Source: Candidatus Buchananbacteria bacterium RIFCSPHIGHO2_01_FULL_44_11 (GTDB taxonomy: Bacteria > Patescibacteriota > Patescibacteriia > Buchananbacterales > UBA6539). From it: a DNA stretch of 64,000 bases. The stretch is from assembly GCA_001817345.1 (NCBI GenBank), contig MHIE01000019.1, positions 10,380 to 74,379 on the forward strand, given 5' to 3'. Below, one piece after another: positions 56,310-64,000 of this stretch (within the stretch, counting starts at the first letter, position 1; the number at the start of each line of letters is the position of its first letter). Both the position numbers and the translations under genes were made by a program. The notes beneath the pieces were generated by a model that ran no database searches, was not told where the DNA came from, and saw only the letters and a program-made list of their open reading frames with translations.

Positions 56310-57508
56310 ATATTCAAATAGTCTTTAACGATATTGGCGGCAATGTAATCAATACCGTTCAAAGTGCCGTAGATGTTAAAAATATTTTTATTAATAATCT
56401 CGACATTCTTTTTATATTGATCAACAAATTCAAGGAGTTCTGATAATTTCTGGCCCTGATAAATTTTACCTAAACCAAGCCTTTCTATGGAAATATTATT
56501 GAAATAAATCTCCGGATCATCGTTCTGATCGTAAGGCGGCGTAATAAAAGGCGTTTGAGTAAACTGCGACAGCCAAACCGAGCCCCAGCCGCTGCGGGCA
56601 AAATGAAGAATAATATTTTTGTGGCCAAGAGCCGCCGGTGAGGCTTTAACACTACCGGCAATAATTTCCGGTCTATTGGTATATATCTGCAAGCCTAAAT
56701 TGGAAACTTCTTTAAAAAGATGGGCCAATTTTTCAATGCCGGTCACGGTGACGTAAACCCCGCGGCTGGCCACCGCTTCATCTTTATTTGGTATGCCAAT
56801 TGACGGTGGGGTCATTACTTCGGTTTGATATTTACTCACTGGCCGGTTGCGTAAATAAGGGAGGGTTTTGGGATTAAAAATCGCCTGGGGATTATGAAGA
56901 TAAGAAAAAGTGGCCGGATCGGAGATAAAATGTATTTTTTGTTTTTTTTCAATCGCCAAAAAAAGAGGAACGGCTTTTTTAACAATTGCCTGATCCAGCT
57001 TGATTGCCGGTTCAGCCAAAGAACGCTCAAGGATGTCGGAAGCATGGCCAAAGCTAGTGTAGTAAGAAGGATTAATCCCCAAATTGACTTTGGGATTGCG
57101 ATTGATTTCAAAAGCAATTTCATTGATGTTGACTTTTACCGTTTGACCAGAAAAAGTTTTAGCCAAAAGTCCGGCGGACAAATAATTCTGAATTGACTGT
57201 TCGACTTTTTTACCGTAAGCAATCAAATTTTCCAGGTAGCTCTGGTAACTATCATGGCTATAGAATAGTGGCTTAAAAAAATCGCCCAATTCTTCAGCTA
57301 AAACTAGCTCGGCCGGCCAGCGGTTGATAATATCGCCAAACATTTCCAACATAATATTTTTCTGCCGTTCACCGTAGACCAAAGGAACGATAATACCCAA
57401 ACGCTGACCCAGCTTTTCCGCCAATAAATTATTAACCGCCACGGCCAGCTCAGTGGTGCGCAGAAATGGCCCAAAACCGGAACTAAAATTAAGAATAATA
57501 TACTTCAT
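56306..57508 (-). CDS. Hypothetical protein, possible GT-B-fold enzyme of the nonulosonic acid pathway
   Basis: 400 aa ORF coupled to the neuB paralog; no confident motif. Confidence 0.35.
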   Translation of the reverse strand: MKYIILNFSSGFGPFLRTTELAVAVNNLLAEKLGQRLGIIVPLVYGERQKNIMLEMFGDIINRWPAELVLAEELGDFFKPLFYSHDSYQSYLENLIAYGKKVEQSIQNYLSAGLLAKTFSGQTVKVNINEIAFEINRNPKVNLGINPSYYTSFGHASDILERSLAEPAIKLDQAIVKKAVPLFLAIEKKQKIHFISDPATFSYLHNPQAIFNPKTLPYLRNRPVSKYQTEVMTPPSIGIPNKDEAVASRGVYVTVTGIEKLAHLFKEVSNLGLQIYTNRPEIIAGSVKASPAALGHKNIILHFARSGWGSVWLSQFTQTPFITPPYDQNDDPEIYFNNISIERLGLGKIYQGQKLSELLEFVDQYKKNVEIINKNIFNIYGTLNGIDYIAANIVKDYLNI

Positions 57509-57510
57509 TT

Positions 57511-58272
57511 TTACTTACTGGTTAAGATGTAAAGCCCCATCGCCCCGCTAAATTTGTTGGTATGGTCATATTGGCTGACTTTTTTCAGCCAATCGATAAA
57601 GGCGTCAACATTACCGGGCAGCTTGGCGTCTCTTAAAGCGTTACGGAGCCGTTTATCTAGATCAACAATCATCTTTTGATTGTTGCCCAAATCAAAATTA
57701 AAGGTTTCCCACTTTAATTCCATGTCCAACTCTTGAACCCAGGCCTCAACGTCAAAAGGACAAATAAAATGCAGATCGGTCAATGACATTGGCACATTGA
57801 ACAATTTTACCAACGTCATCCAGATATATCCTCTGACATTAAGAAAAGAAGGACAAGTGAAACAAATCTGGCCGCCTGGCTTTAATTTATTTTTAAAATT
57901 CTTTAAATCCGTTAAAGGGTTATCTTGATGCTCAATTGTACCCAAAGAAATAATCACGTCAAAAGTGTCGTCTATTTGAGAATATTCGGCTAGCCTAAAT
58001 TCTAAATTTGGATGTTTAACTGCTTGAGTAATATTGATGGCTTCAGCTGAGTAATCAATGGCCAAAACCTGGCCACCCTCCTGAGCCATTAATAAATCGG
58101 TTTCACCGGTGCCACAACCAATGTCTAAAACTTTTTTACCCTTAAAATCTATAATTTTGATCAAGTGCTCACCAACATAATCAGAATTAAAAGTAAAAAA
58201 TTTCTCCTTACCTTCTTTATAAACCTTATCGTAAAGATTTTTTAAATCTTTGTTGGTTTTTGAGGTTGCCAT
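57511..58272 (-). CDS. Class I SAM-dependent methyltransferase
   Basis: VLDIGCGTGE motif I. Confidence 0.7.
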   Translation of the reverse strand: MATSKTNKDLKNLYDKVYKEGKEKFFTFNSDYVGEHLIKIIDFKGKKVLDIGCGTGETDLLMAQEGGQVLAIDYSAEAINITQAVKHPNLEFRLAEYSQIDDTFDVIISLGTIEHQDNPLTDLKNFKNKLKPGGQICFTCPSFLNVRGYIWMTLVKLFNVPMSLTDLHFICPFDVEAWVQELDMELKWETFNFDLGNNQKMIVDLDKRLRNALRDAKLPGNVDAFIDWLKKVSQYDHTNKFSGAMGLYILTSK

Positions 58273-58283
58273 ATATTTGACCG

Positions 58284-59603
58284 TTATTTATTATTTTTTA
58301 TGGTGTTGATGATTGCTTGTTCCGTTCTCAGGCTGGCTCGGCCGTCAGGCAGATAGATTAAATCCGTGAGAAATTTGTTTTTACTCTCTTGATTATAATC
58401 CAAATACCGATCTGTTTGCAAAATCCATTCCGACAACTCTTTTTCCGTCTTGGCATATTTGACCAGTTCCGGATATTTAGTAAAGTAATCCAAAGCATCA
58501 TTAGGAATGATATCGCCAAAATAAGGTGAAATAATGAAACGATTGGCGATAATACCCTCCAGTAAAGTGGTAGACTTAAAGCCTAAAACTACCCGCGAGT
58601 CTTTTATTAGTTTTGAGGCATCACCAAGATTAGTAATAACCAAATTATTAATCTTTTTCCGGAAATTCTTATTGAAAATATCGGTGACGTAATCAAGGTA
58701 TTGTTGAGCGTATTTAGTTTTAATCACGACTTTAATTTTTGGATTGTTAGCGGCAAATCTCATTAGCCAGAGATGGAAATTATATGCAATATCTTTAATT
58801 GTCGCCAACTTTTTACCTCCAGCTTCTCCCGAAAAGTTAAAAAATTTGTCCGAGGGATAAAAAGAAAATAAAACTACTTGGTTAGAAGGTTGATCGGTAC
58901 CGGCACTATTAAAATAATTATCCATCCTCGGAATACCGACAACAACGGCTTGATCTTGATTTAAGCCTGGGATACCCAGATTAACAAGCGCTTGGAAAAT
59001 TTGTTGATTGTAAAAAAGCATTTTTGAACCAATGAATTTAAACGTCTTGTAAATTTTGACATATTCATTGGCCGTTGCCTGATCGACGCCGGCAAAAGTT
59101 AAGCCTTCTTTATGCAAGACAAAAAAGGGAATGTTTTTCTCTAAAAAAATTCGGGCCAGCTCTTGCTGTTCAATATAACCAAAATTGCCGGCTAAACCCG
59201 CCTCAAAATTAATAAACTTCTTAAGGGTTGGAAACATTTTATTCAAATAAGCATAATATCTTTGCTTGCCCGCCTGACCAATATTGGAAGTGTAATAGTT
59301 AGTTTCAGAAATAGTCTCGCGTTCAACCCTGGTTAGGAAATGATACAAAACAAGCCGAAGATGCTCTCTCTCGATAATGACATACTTAATTTGACCGCTC
59401 CAACGGGCCATGGCTTGAACATCGTCTATAAAAATACTTCGGCGCAAACATAAAACCGTCAACCGACCCAAAGAATTGATTTTTCTGGCGCTGACGGCTA
59501 AGACAAAAGCGGTCAGTGTTGGCGAATTGATCGCTAAGCTGAATTGAATCAAAAAAACTAAAGCCAATGACCGTAATTTATTTTTTAACTTTCTTAAAAA
59601 CAT
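58284..59603 (-). CDS. Capsule polysaccharide biosynthesis (KpsC/KpsS-like) family protein, divergent
   Basis: Weak similarity to the following Capsule_synth protein; position in locus. Confidence 0.4.
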   Translation of the reverse strand: MFLRKLKNKLRSLALVFLIQFSLAINSPTLTAFVLAVSARKINSLGRLTVLCLRRSIFIDDVQAMARWSGQIKYVIIEREHLRLVLYHFLTRVERETISETNYYTSNIGQAGKQRYYAYLNKMFPTLKKFINFEAGLAGNFGYIEQQELARIFLEKNIPFFVLHKEGLTFAGVDQATANEYVKIYKTFKFIGSKMLFYNQQIFQALVNLGIPGLNQDQAVVVGIPRMDNYFNSAGTDQPSNQVVLFSFYPSDKFFNFSGEAGGKKLATIKDIAYNFHLWLMRFAANNPKIKVVIKTKYAQQYLDYVTDIFNKNFRKKINNLVITNLGDASKLIKDSRVVLGFKSTTLLEGIIANRFIISPYFGDIIPNDALDYFTKYPELVKYAKTEKELSEWILQTDRYLDYNQESKNKFLTDLIYLPDGRASLRTEQAIINTIKNNK

Positions 59604-59605
59604 AA

Positions 59606-61132
59606 TTAACTTAAAACTTTATTAAATTCGTTTTGATAAGCCTGCCATAAAACTTCCATGTCTTCTTTTTCATTTCGCTCCCAGACTCCCCAATAATTGA
59701 AGATAAAGCCGGCGTCATAGGCCGCCGCCACATAATTTTCCAGCCTGCTTTCGTACTCGGCGGTATGTAAATCAACGGCCAAAACTTCCTTAATTTTAGC
59801 CGACAAAGTGGTAAAATCAGTATGCTTAAAGGTATTGGGTAAATTTAAAGTAATCCCCAAATTACCGAACTGAATTGCCGGTTTGTTATAAAATGCCGCT
59901 TCCGCAACAACGGTACTATTGGGGCTAATAATTAAATCGGCCCGCCTTAAAACCTGGTCCGAAGGTATTCGGTAATCAATCAATTTGACATTGGGTGTTC
60001 GGGCAATCTTTTCAAAGTAAGAAGGCGGCCGATAGCCTACCATCATCGGATGTTCTTTGACTACTAAAGTATAATCATCCGGCAAAGATAAAGCACTGAG
60101 CCTGGCGACATCAATTTGATTATTGAAATAAGGAGCCTGAACATCAGTTGTCTCTTCCGGTTGAAATTGTAAAGGCAGATAAGCGAATTTTTTAACCTGG
60201 TCAAATGGATAATAATTAAAATTGTTAGTGATCTTGCGGTAGCGCCGATGGGCGTAATGATCACGTAAAATAATGCGCGGCGGCCGATAATCAGTAGAAA
60301 TGCTAACATTACCCAAAAGCGTATCCGGCCGCTTCAGGTACCAACGCAAAATCTGGCGATAAGGAGAAAACTCCTGTCTGATTTTTTTAAGCAACGGCGT
60401 TTTTTTGTAAATTCTATCCATGTAATCCGGTCGCTTAAAAGATTCACGGAATTCACGAATGTATTGCCGAGCGACCTGCATATTCTTGCTTTCGGCTAGG
60501 CCGCGATTTAAAGCATTGAGTTGATCGTCAAAAGAACCGGAACTTTCTAGGTAGTCTTGGGTGAATATTTTAATATTTCTAATTTTACAATCGTAAGGCA
60601 CCAGCATTTTGACCCCCCGCTTTTTGGCCAAAATACTGCACATAATATGCGGACTTTCCACAAAGTTTGGCGCTAAAATCACGTCCGGTTTAAATTCATC
60701 AAAAAATATTTTGACGTATTTATAAACCGCTTTGATATAATCAATGATTTCTTCGTCAGAAACATTCTGGCGAAAACTGTAATAATATTTATCGCCATAA
60801 CAACGAAAGTGATTCCGAACCGAGCTGGCCATTGGCCAAACCGAAGGCACTCCGAGATCCTGACAAATTTGAGCTAAAGTGTAATGGGAATCACCAAGAT
60901 ATTTTTTAGGATCGGCCATTACTTCATCATAGTTGATCACTAGGTCATAATGGACATCCTTTTGGTTTAAGACAAATTTGTGAACGCTTCGCTTCATGGT
61001 AAAAGCGGCTAAGTGGCACCCCTGATCTTGCAATTTCTTAGCCAAAAAATGGCCAATACGAAAACCCCAGCCGCGCTGCTGAAAAATCAAAACTCTTTTG
61101 CCTTGAATTTTATTAACGTTATTCTCCGACAT
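59606..61132 (-). CDS. Capsule polysaccharide biosynthesis protein (Capsule_synth, KpsC/KpsS/LpsZ-like beta-Kdo/ulosonic acid transferase family)
   Basis: C-terminal ...YLPLQFQPE...VVKEHP...NSTVVAEAAFYNKPAIQFG matches the KpsS/KpsC family signature. Confidence 0.6.
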   Translation of the reverse strand: MSENNVNKIQGKRVLIFQQRGWGFRIGHFLAKKLQDQGCHLAAFTMKRSVHKFVLNQKDVHYDLVINYDEVMADPKKYLGDSHYTLAQICQDLGVPSVWPMASSVRNHFRCYGDKYYYSFRQNVSDEEIIDYIKAVYKYVKIFFDEFKPDVILAPNFVESPHIMCSILAKKRGVKMLVPYDCKIRNIKIFTQDYLESSGSFDDQLNALNRGLAESKNMQVARQYIREFRESFKRPDYMDRIYKKTPLLKKIRQEFSPYRQILRWYLKRPDTLLGNVSISTDYRPPRIILRDHYAHRRYRKITNNFNYYPFDQVKKFAYLPLQFQPEETTDVQAPYFNNQIDVARLSALSLPDDYTLVVKEHPMMVGYRPPSYFEKIARTPNVKLIDYRIPSDQVLRRADLIISPNSTVVAEAAFYNKPAIQFGNLGITLNLPNTFKHTDFTTLSAKIKEVLAVDLHTAEYESRLENYVAAAYDAGFIFNYWGVWERNEKEDMEVLWQAYQNEFNKVLS

Positions 61133-61589
61133 ACTTTAGATAAAAATTAAATTCATCTGACTGGTAAGTCTTAAAATTATTTTTTTCAAACAATTTGAGT
61201 GAGGCCGGGTTGGTTTTTTTAATCTCGGCTAAAACTATTGACTGGCTGGGAATATTTTTCAAAGACTGGCTTAAAAGCCAATGACCCAATCCCCGACCCT
61301 GGTATTGAGGGTCCAAGGCGATAGAGACGCGGTAATTTTTATTCGGCTGGTTAAAGTCAAAGCGGCAATAACCAATGACTATTCCCTCGGCATTTGCCAA
61401 AACAAAACAAAGGTTACCGGTGTTTCCGAAGTACTGCTGCTGAAACCAATTTTGATGATCGGAAAATTTAATCTCGTCTTGATTTTTTGAATGCTGTCGA
61501 ACCATGGGGCTGTTACGAATCTCCCAAATCCTTTGACTGTCAGAAATCTCAGCCGGTCGGACCAAAAAGTTAGCGAAATCTTCAGTCAT
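61119..61589 (-). CDS. GNAT family N-acetyltransferase (PseH-like position)
   Basis: QGRGLGHWLL acetyl-CoA binding motif A. Confidence 0.75.
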   Translation of the reverse strand: MTEDFANFLVRPAEISDSQRIWEIRNSPMVRQHSKNQDEIKFSDHQNWFQQQYFGNTGNLCFVLANAEGIVIGYCRFDFNQPNKNYRVSIALDPQYQGRGLGHWLLSQSLKNIPSQSIVLAEIKKTNPASLKLFEKNNFKTYQSDEFNFYLKYVGE

Positions 61590-61596
61590 AATCTAT

Positions 61597-61749
61597 TATG
61601 TTTTCCCCGAATATCCGCCCAGGGCGGAATGAGGGGAGTCTGAAAAATAATACTGTCGGCGGAGCCGACACTGCTCATAAAGAACCCGCCCAGATACCCA
61701 GCCGTTTCTGTGTATCCATAACATACAGAAACGGCTGGGTCGGGTTCAT
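61597..61749. repeat. Multi-hairpin structured repeat element, copy B, immediately 5' of GNAT gene and 3' of neuB
   Basis: See copy A; conserved blocks and covarying stems. Confidence 0.6.
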
Positions 61750-62810
61750 TTAGCGATTAAAGACCAGCTTAAAGGCGTGGCCCGGGAAATGTCAGCCGCC
61801 GCGGTTTGACCAATAACTTGATCGTAATATTTCGGCTCTAGACCATGCCCCGGCCTAATTGATCTAACGTTTTTAGGCGTGAATTTTTCACCTTTTTTAA
61901 CATCCTCAACCACAAAAAGAGATTTGCGAAAAATAATATTTTCCGCTTCCTTAAGCCCAGCGCCATATTGGACTTGACCCAAAGCCACCTCAGCGTCACG
62001 GATTGACAAAACCAGATCTTTAAACTCCGCCGGTTCTAAAGAATAAGCGGCATCAGGTCCACCCTCTGCTCGGGATAAAATAAAATGCTTTTCAACGATA
62101 GAAGCGCCTAAAGCGACAGCCGCGACCGCGGCGGTCTTGCCTAAACTGTGATCGGATAGACCAACCACTGTTTTAAATCTTTTGGCAATATCGGGAATCA
62201 TTAATAAATTCATGTCCGCCGGCTTGGCCGGATAGGCGCTGATGCAGTGTAAAATTGCGACTTGAGGACAACCGTTATCTTTAAGCGTTTTAATCGCCAG
62301 CTCAAGTTCCTCTAGAGAAGCCATGCCCCGAGAGATAATGACCGGCTTTTTAGTCTGACCAATGCGTTTTAGTAAAGGAATATCGACCACTTCAAACGAA
62401 CCAACTTTGTAAAGGTCGACTTTAAGCGTTTCCAAAAAATCCACGGCCGTAACGTCTAAGGGAAAAGAAAATAAAACCAGGCCTTTTGATTCGGCGTAGT
62501 CTTTCAATTTGCCGTGCCAGTCCCAGGGCGTATAAGCCTGTTGGTAGAGTTGATGCAAAGTTTGACCTTGCCACGCCTCATTAACCTTGATCTGAAAATA
62601 TTCTTTATCGCTGTCAATTGTGATAGTGTTTGGTGTATAGGTTTGTAATTTGACCGCGTCAACTCCGGCCTGGGCGGCGGCGTCAATAATTTTTACCGCC
62701 GTCTCGTAAGACTGATGGTGGTTGCACGACATCTCGGCAATAATAAAGACGGGTTGGCCCGGACCAATTTCTCTTTTTCCCTTTGGAGTATTGATTGAAA
62801 ATTCGGTCAT
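61746..62810 (-). CDS. neuB: N-acetylneuraminate/pseudaminate/legionaminate synthase (NeuB family with C-terminal SAF domain)
   Basis: FIIAEMSCNHHQSYETAVKIIDAAAQAGVDAVKLQTY canonical NeuB motif; C-terminal antifreeze-like (SAF) domain. Confidence 0.85.
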   Translation of the reverse strand: MTEFSINTPKGKREIGPGQPVFIIAEMSCNHHQSYETAVKIIDAAAQAGVDAVKLQTYTPNTITIDSDKEYFQIKVNEAWQGQTLHQLYQQAYTPWDWHGKLKDYAESKGLVLFSFPLDVTAVDFLETLKVDLYKVGSFEVVDIPLLKRIGQTKKPVIISRGMASLEELELAIKTLKDNGCPQVAILHCISAYPAKPADMNLLMIPDIAKRFKTVVGLSDHSLGKTAAVAAVALGASIVEKHFILSRAEGGPDAAYSLEPAEFKDLVLSIRDAEVALGQVQYGAGLKEAENIIFRKSLFVVEDVKKGEKFTPKNVRSIRPGHGLEPKYYDQVIGQTAAADISRATPLSWSLIAK

Positions 62811-62835
62811 AAATTTAGATTATTTTATTACAGAG

Positions 62836-62960
62836 GCCGAATACCCCGTGCTTCAGCGCGGGAATGAAGGCCGTTTTAAAAAATTACCGTCGGCGGAGCC
62901 GACTCCGCTGGTAAAGAACCCGCCCAGATACCGCGGGCTTCAGCCCGCGGTCGGGTTCAT
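62836..62960. repeat. Multi-hairpin structured repeat element, copy C (shorter third hairpin), immediately 5' of neuB
   Basis: Same conserved blocks as copies A and B. Overlaps the 3' end of the DUF218 ORF. Confidence 0.6.
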
Positions 62961-63558
62961 ATTTTCCTTGTTTAATCGCTTTAACCCCCGCCTGCTCTTG
63001 CTTAATCCGTTGCTTCATCACTGGACTGCGATAAGCCTTGTTAATCATTGTTTGCCACTGAGCTGGATCATTATTCATCAAAATTTCTTCGGCCGACTGC
63101 AGACTGAGCCTGTTTTCTGCCAGCCATTGCCTCAGCTGGTTATCTTGATCGATAAACGCTTGGACTCGGGGCAAATGATAATCATTAGAAATCACAACGA
63201 TCTTGTCTAAACTATTATCAATGATAATCTTTTTTAGTTCTTGCAGTTCTTCAAAGGTATTGGCTGACTTATCCTCTTCAATAATTTTGTCAGCTGTCAC
63301 GCCCAAGTCAATCAGTTCTTGTTTTAAGACTGAAGCAACAGTTGGCGCCTCGGCAATATCTTTTAGCTGCCCCTTGCCACCCGAAGCAATCACCAAATAA
63401 TTCGGGAAGTCCTGAAATAAACAACTGGCCGCCACCACCCGCAACCGATCGCCCAAAGCGCCAAAGTCGTCTCCCGGTTCGTCAAAGTTAGTTGTCCGCC
63501 AGCGGCCGGAATCGTTTTTCAGTCCGCCGCCCAAAATGAAGATTGCTTCTTTAGCCAT
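62884..63558 (-). CDS. DUF218/YdcF-like protein
   Basis: FILGGG...VIASGGKG and ISNDYHLPR motifs. The last ~25 codons are read-through of repeat copy C. Confidence 0.55.
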   Translation of the reverse strand: MAKEAIFILGGGLKNDSGRWRTTNFDEPGDDFGALGDRLRVVAASCLFQDFPNYLVIASGGKGQLKDIAEAPTVASVLKQELIDLGVTADKIIEEDKSANTFEELQELKKIIIDNSLDKIVVISNDYHLPRVQAFIDQDNQLRQWLAENRLSLQSAEEILMNNDPAQWQTMINKAYRSPVMKQRIKQEQAGVKAIKQGKYEPDRGLKPAVSGRVLYQRSRLRRR

Positions 63559-63560
63559 AA

Positions 63561-64000
63561 CTATTTTTTAATTAGTCTAACCGGAATGCCGGCCTGAGCC
63601 ATTCTCTCTTTAATACTATTGGCGGTATGGCCGGAATAATGAAACATACTAGCTAACGAAACGGCATTAGCCTGACCTTTAATCACTGCATCGATAATAT
63701 CCTGAACTTTGCCGGCACCGCCGCAAGCGATAATCGGAATTGAGGAAACCTGAACTGCCTGATTAATCAGATCAATGTCGTAACCTGACATCATACCATC
63801 TCGATCTATTGAATTTAAAAATATTTCTCCGGCCCCCAGCGTCTCAACTTCTTTAATCCAATCGACTACTTTTTTACCAGTATTCTGGCGGCCGCGATCA
63901 CGGAAAACGAAATATTGGCCATCAATCAGTTTGGCATCAATAGCAATAACTAAAACCTGGCTACCGTATTTTTTGACGATCTGGCCGATGATGCTCGGAT
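63561..64000 (-). CDS. HisF-like imidazole glycerol phosphate synthase cyclase-subunit homolog (WbuZ-type, amidotransfer in sugar modification), 5' part beyond window
   Basis: C-terminal ...SIPIIACGGAGKVQDI...ASMFHY matches the HisF (beta/alpha)8 C-terminal half. The frame remains open to nt 64000. Confidence 0.65.
   Translation of the reverse strand, partial: PSIIGQIVKKYGSQVLVIAIDAKLIDGQYFVFRDRGRQNTGKKVVDWIKEVETLGAGEIFLNSIDRDGMMSGYDIDLINQAVQVSSIPIIACGGAGKVQDIIDAVIKGQANAVSLASMFHYSGHTANSIKERMAQAGIPVRLIKK

Noticed and set aside
61597-61749. Possible conserved micro-ORF MNPTQPFL… (24 codons) on the - strand inside the structured repeat
   Set aside because: It is present in copies A and B, but copy C terminates after 6 codons (MNPTAG*). 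An RNA or DNA structure explains the conservation better than a peptide.
1-64000. CRISPR arrays, rRNA and tRNA genes
   Set aside because: No run of regularly spaced direct repeats with unique spacers was seen. The dispersed palindromic repeats have different flanks and are not arrayed. No rRNA-like conserved blocks or tRNA cloverleaf candidates were recognised in the intergenic regions.

Overview
This 64 kb window is a moderately AT-rich (~40% GC) bacterial chromosome segment with densely packed, mostly small genes. Gene content suggests a monoderm CPR/Patescibacteria-like organism: a pilM-pilN-pilO operon with no secretin, a stand-alone rpmA, a ferritin-VIT1 fusion, LDH, and many glycosyltransferases. 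This affiliation is an inference. Housekeeping genes include a NifS-like cysteine desulfurase, rpmA, pyrG, rplI, acyP, ctpA, murA, dus and ldh. A dTDP-rhamnose set (rfbA, rfbD, rfbB plus an RmlC-like cupin) is interleaved with three large GT-C-type membrane proteins, GT2/GT4 enzymes, GtrA, a UXS-like epimerase, an S8 protease with FG-GAP repeats and an O-antigen-ligase/TPR protein. A long polysaccharide / nonulosonic-acid (sialic-acid-like) locus occupies 47.1-64.0 kb. It holds an initiating sugar transferase, three SAM methyltransferases, epimerases/dehydrogenases, a NeuA-like gene, two NeuB paralogs, KpsC/S-like proteins, a GNAT and a HisF-like gene. The most notable system is a complete diversity-generating retroelement (DGR) at 29.7-32.2 kb. 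It comprises an RT with the IGxxxSQ-type motif, an Avd-like four-helix protein, and a 134-bp TR/VR pair with 22 of 22 adenine-specific mismatches at the 3' end of a GC-rich 208-aa target gene. Other notable items are listed here. (i) A TIR-bounded ~390 bp element carries a YhbQ-like GIY-YIG nuclease and has at least three ORF-less MITE-like derivatives in the window. (ii) A ~150 bp multi-hairpin element with compensatory base changes sits immediately 5' of murA, a GNAT gene and neuB, two copies directly flanking neuB. It is a candidate cis-regulatory RNA or REP-like element. (iii) Several smaller palindromic element families were found. (iv) Three single-gene GC-rich islands stand out. No rRNA, tRNA or CRISPR arrays were recognised.
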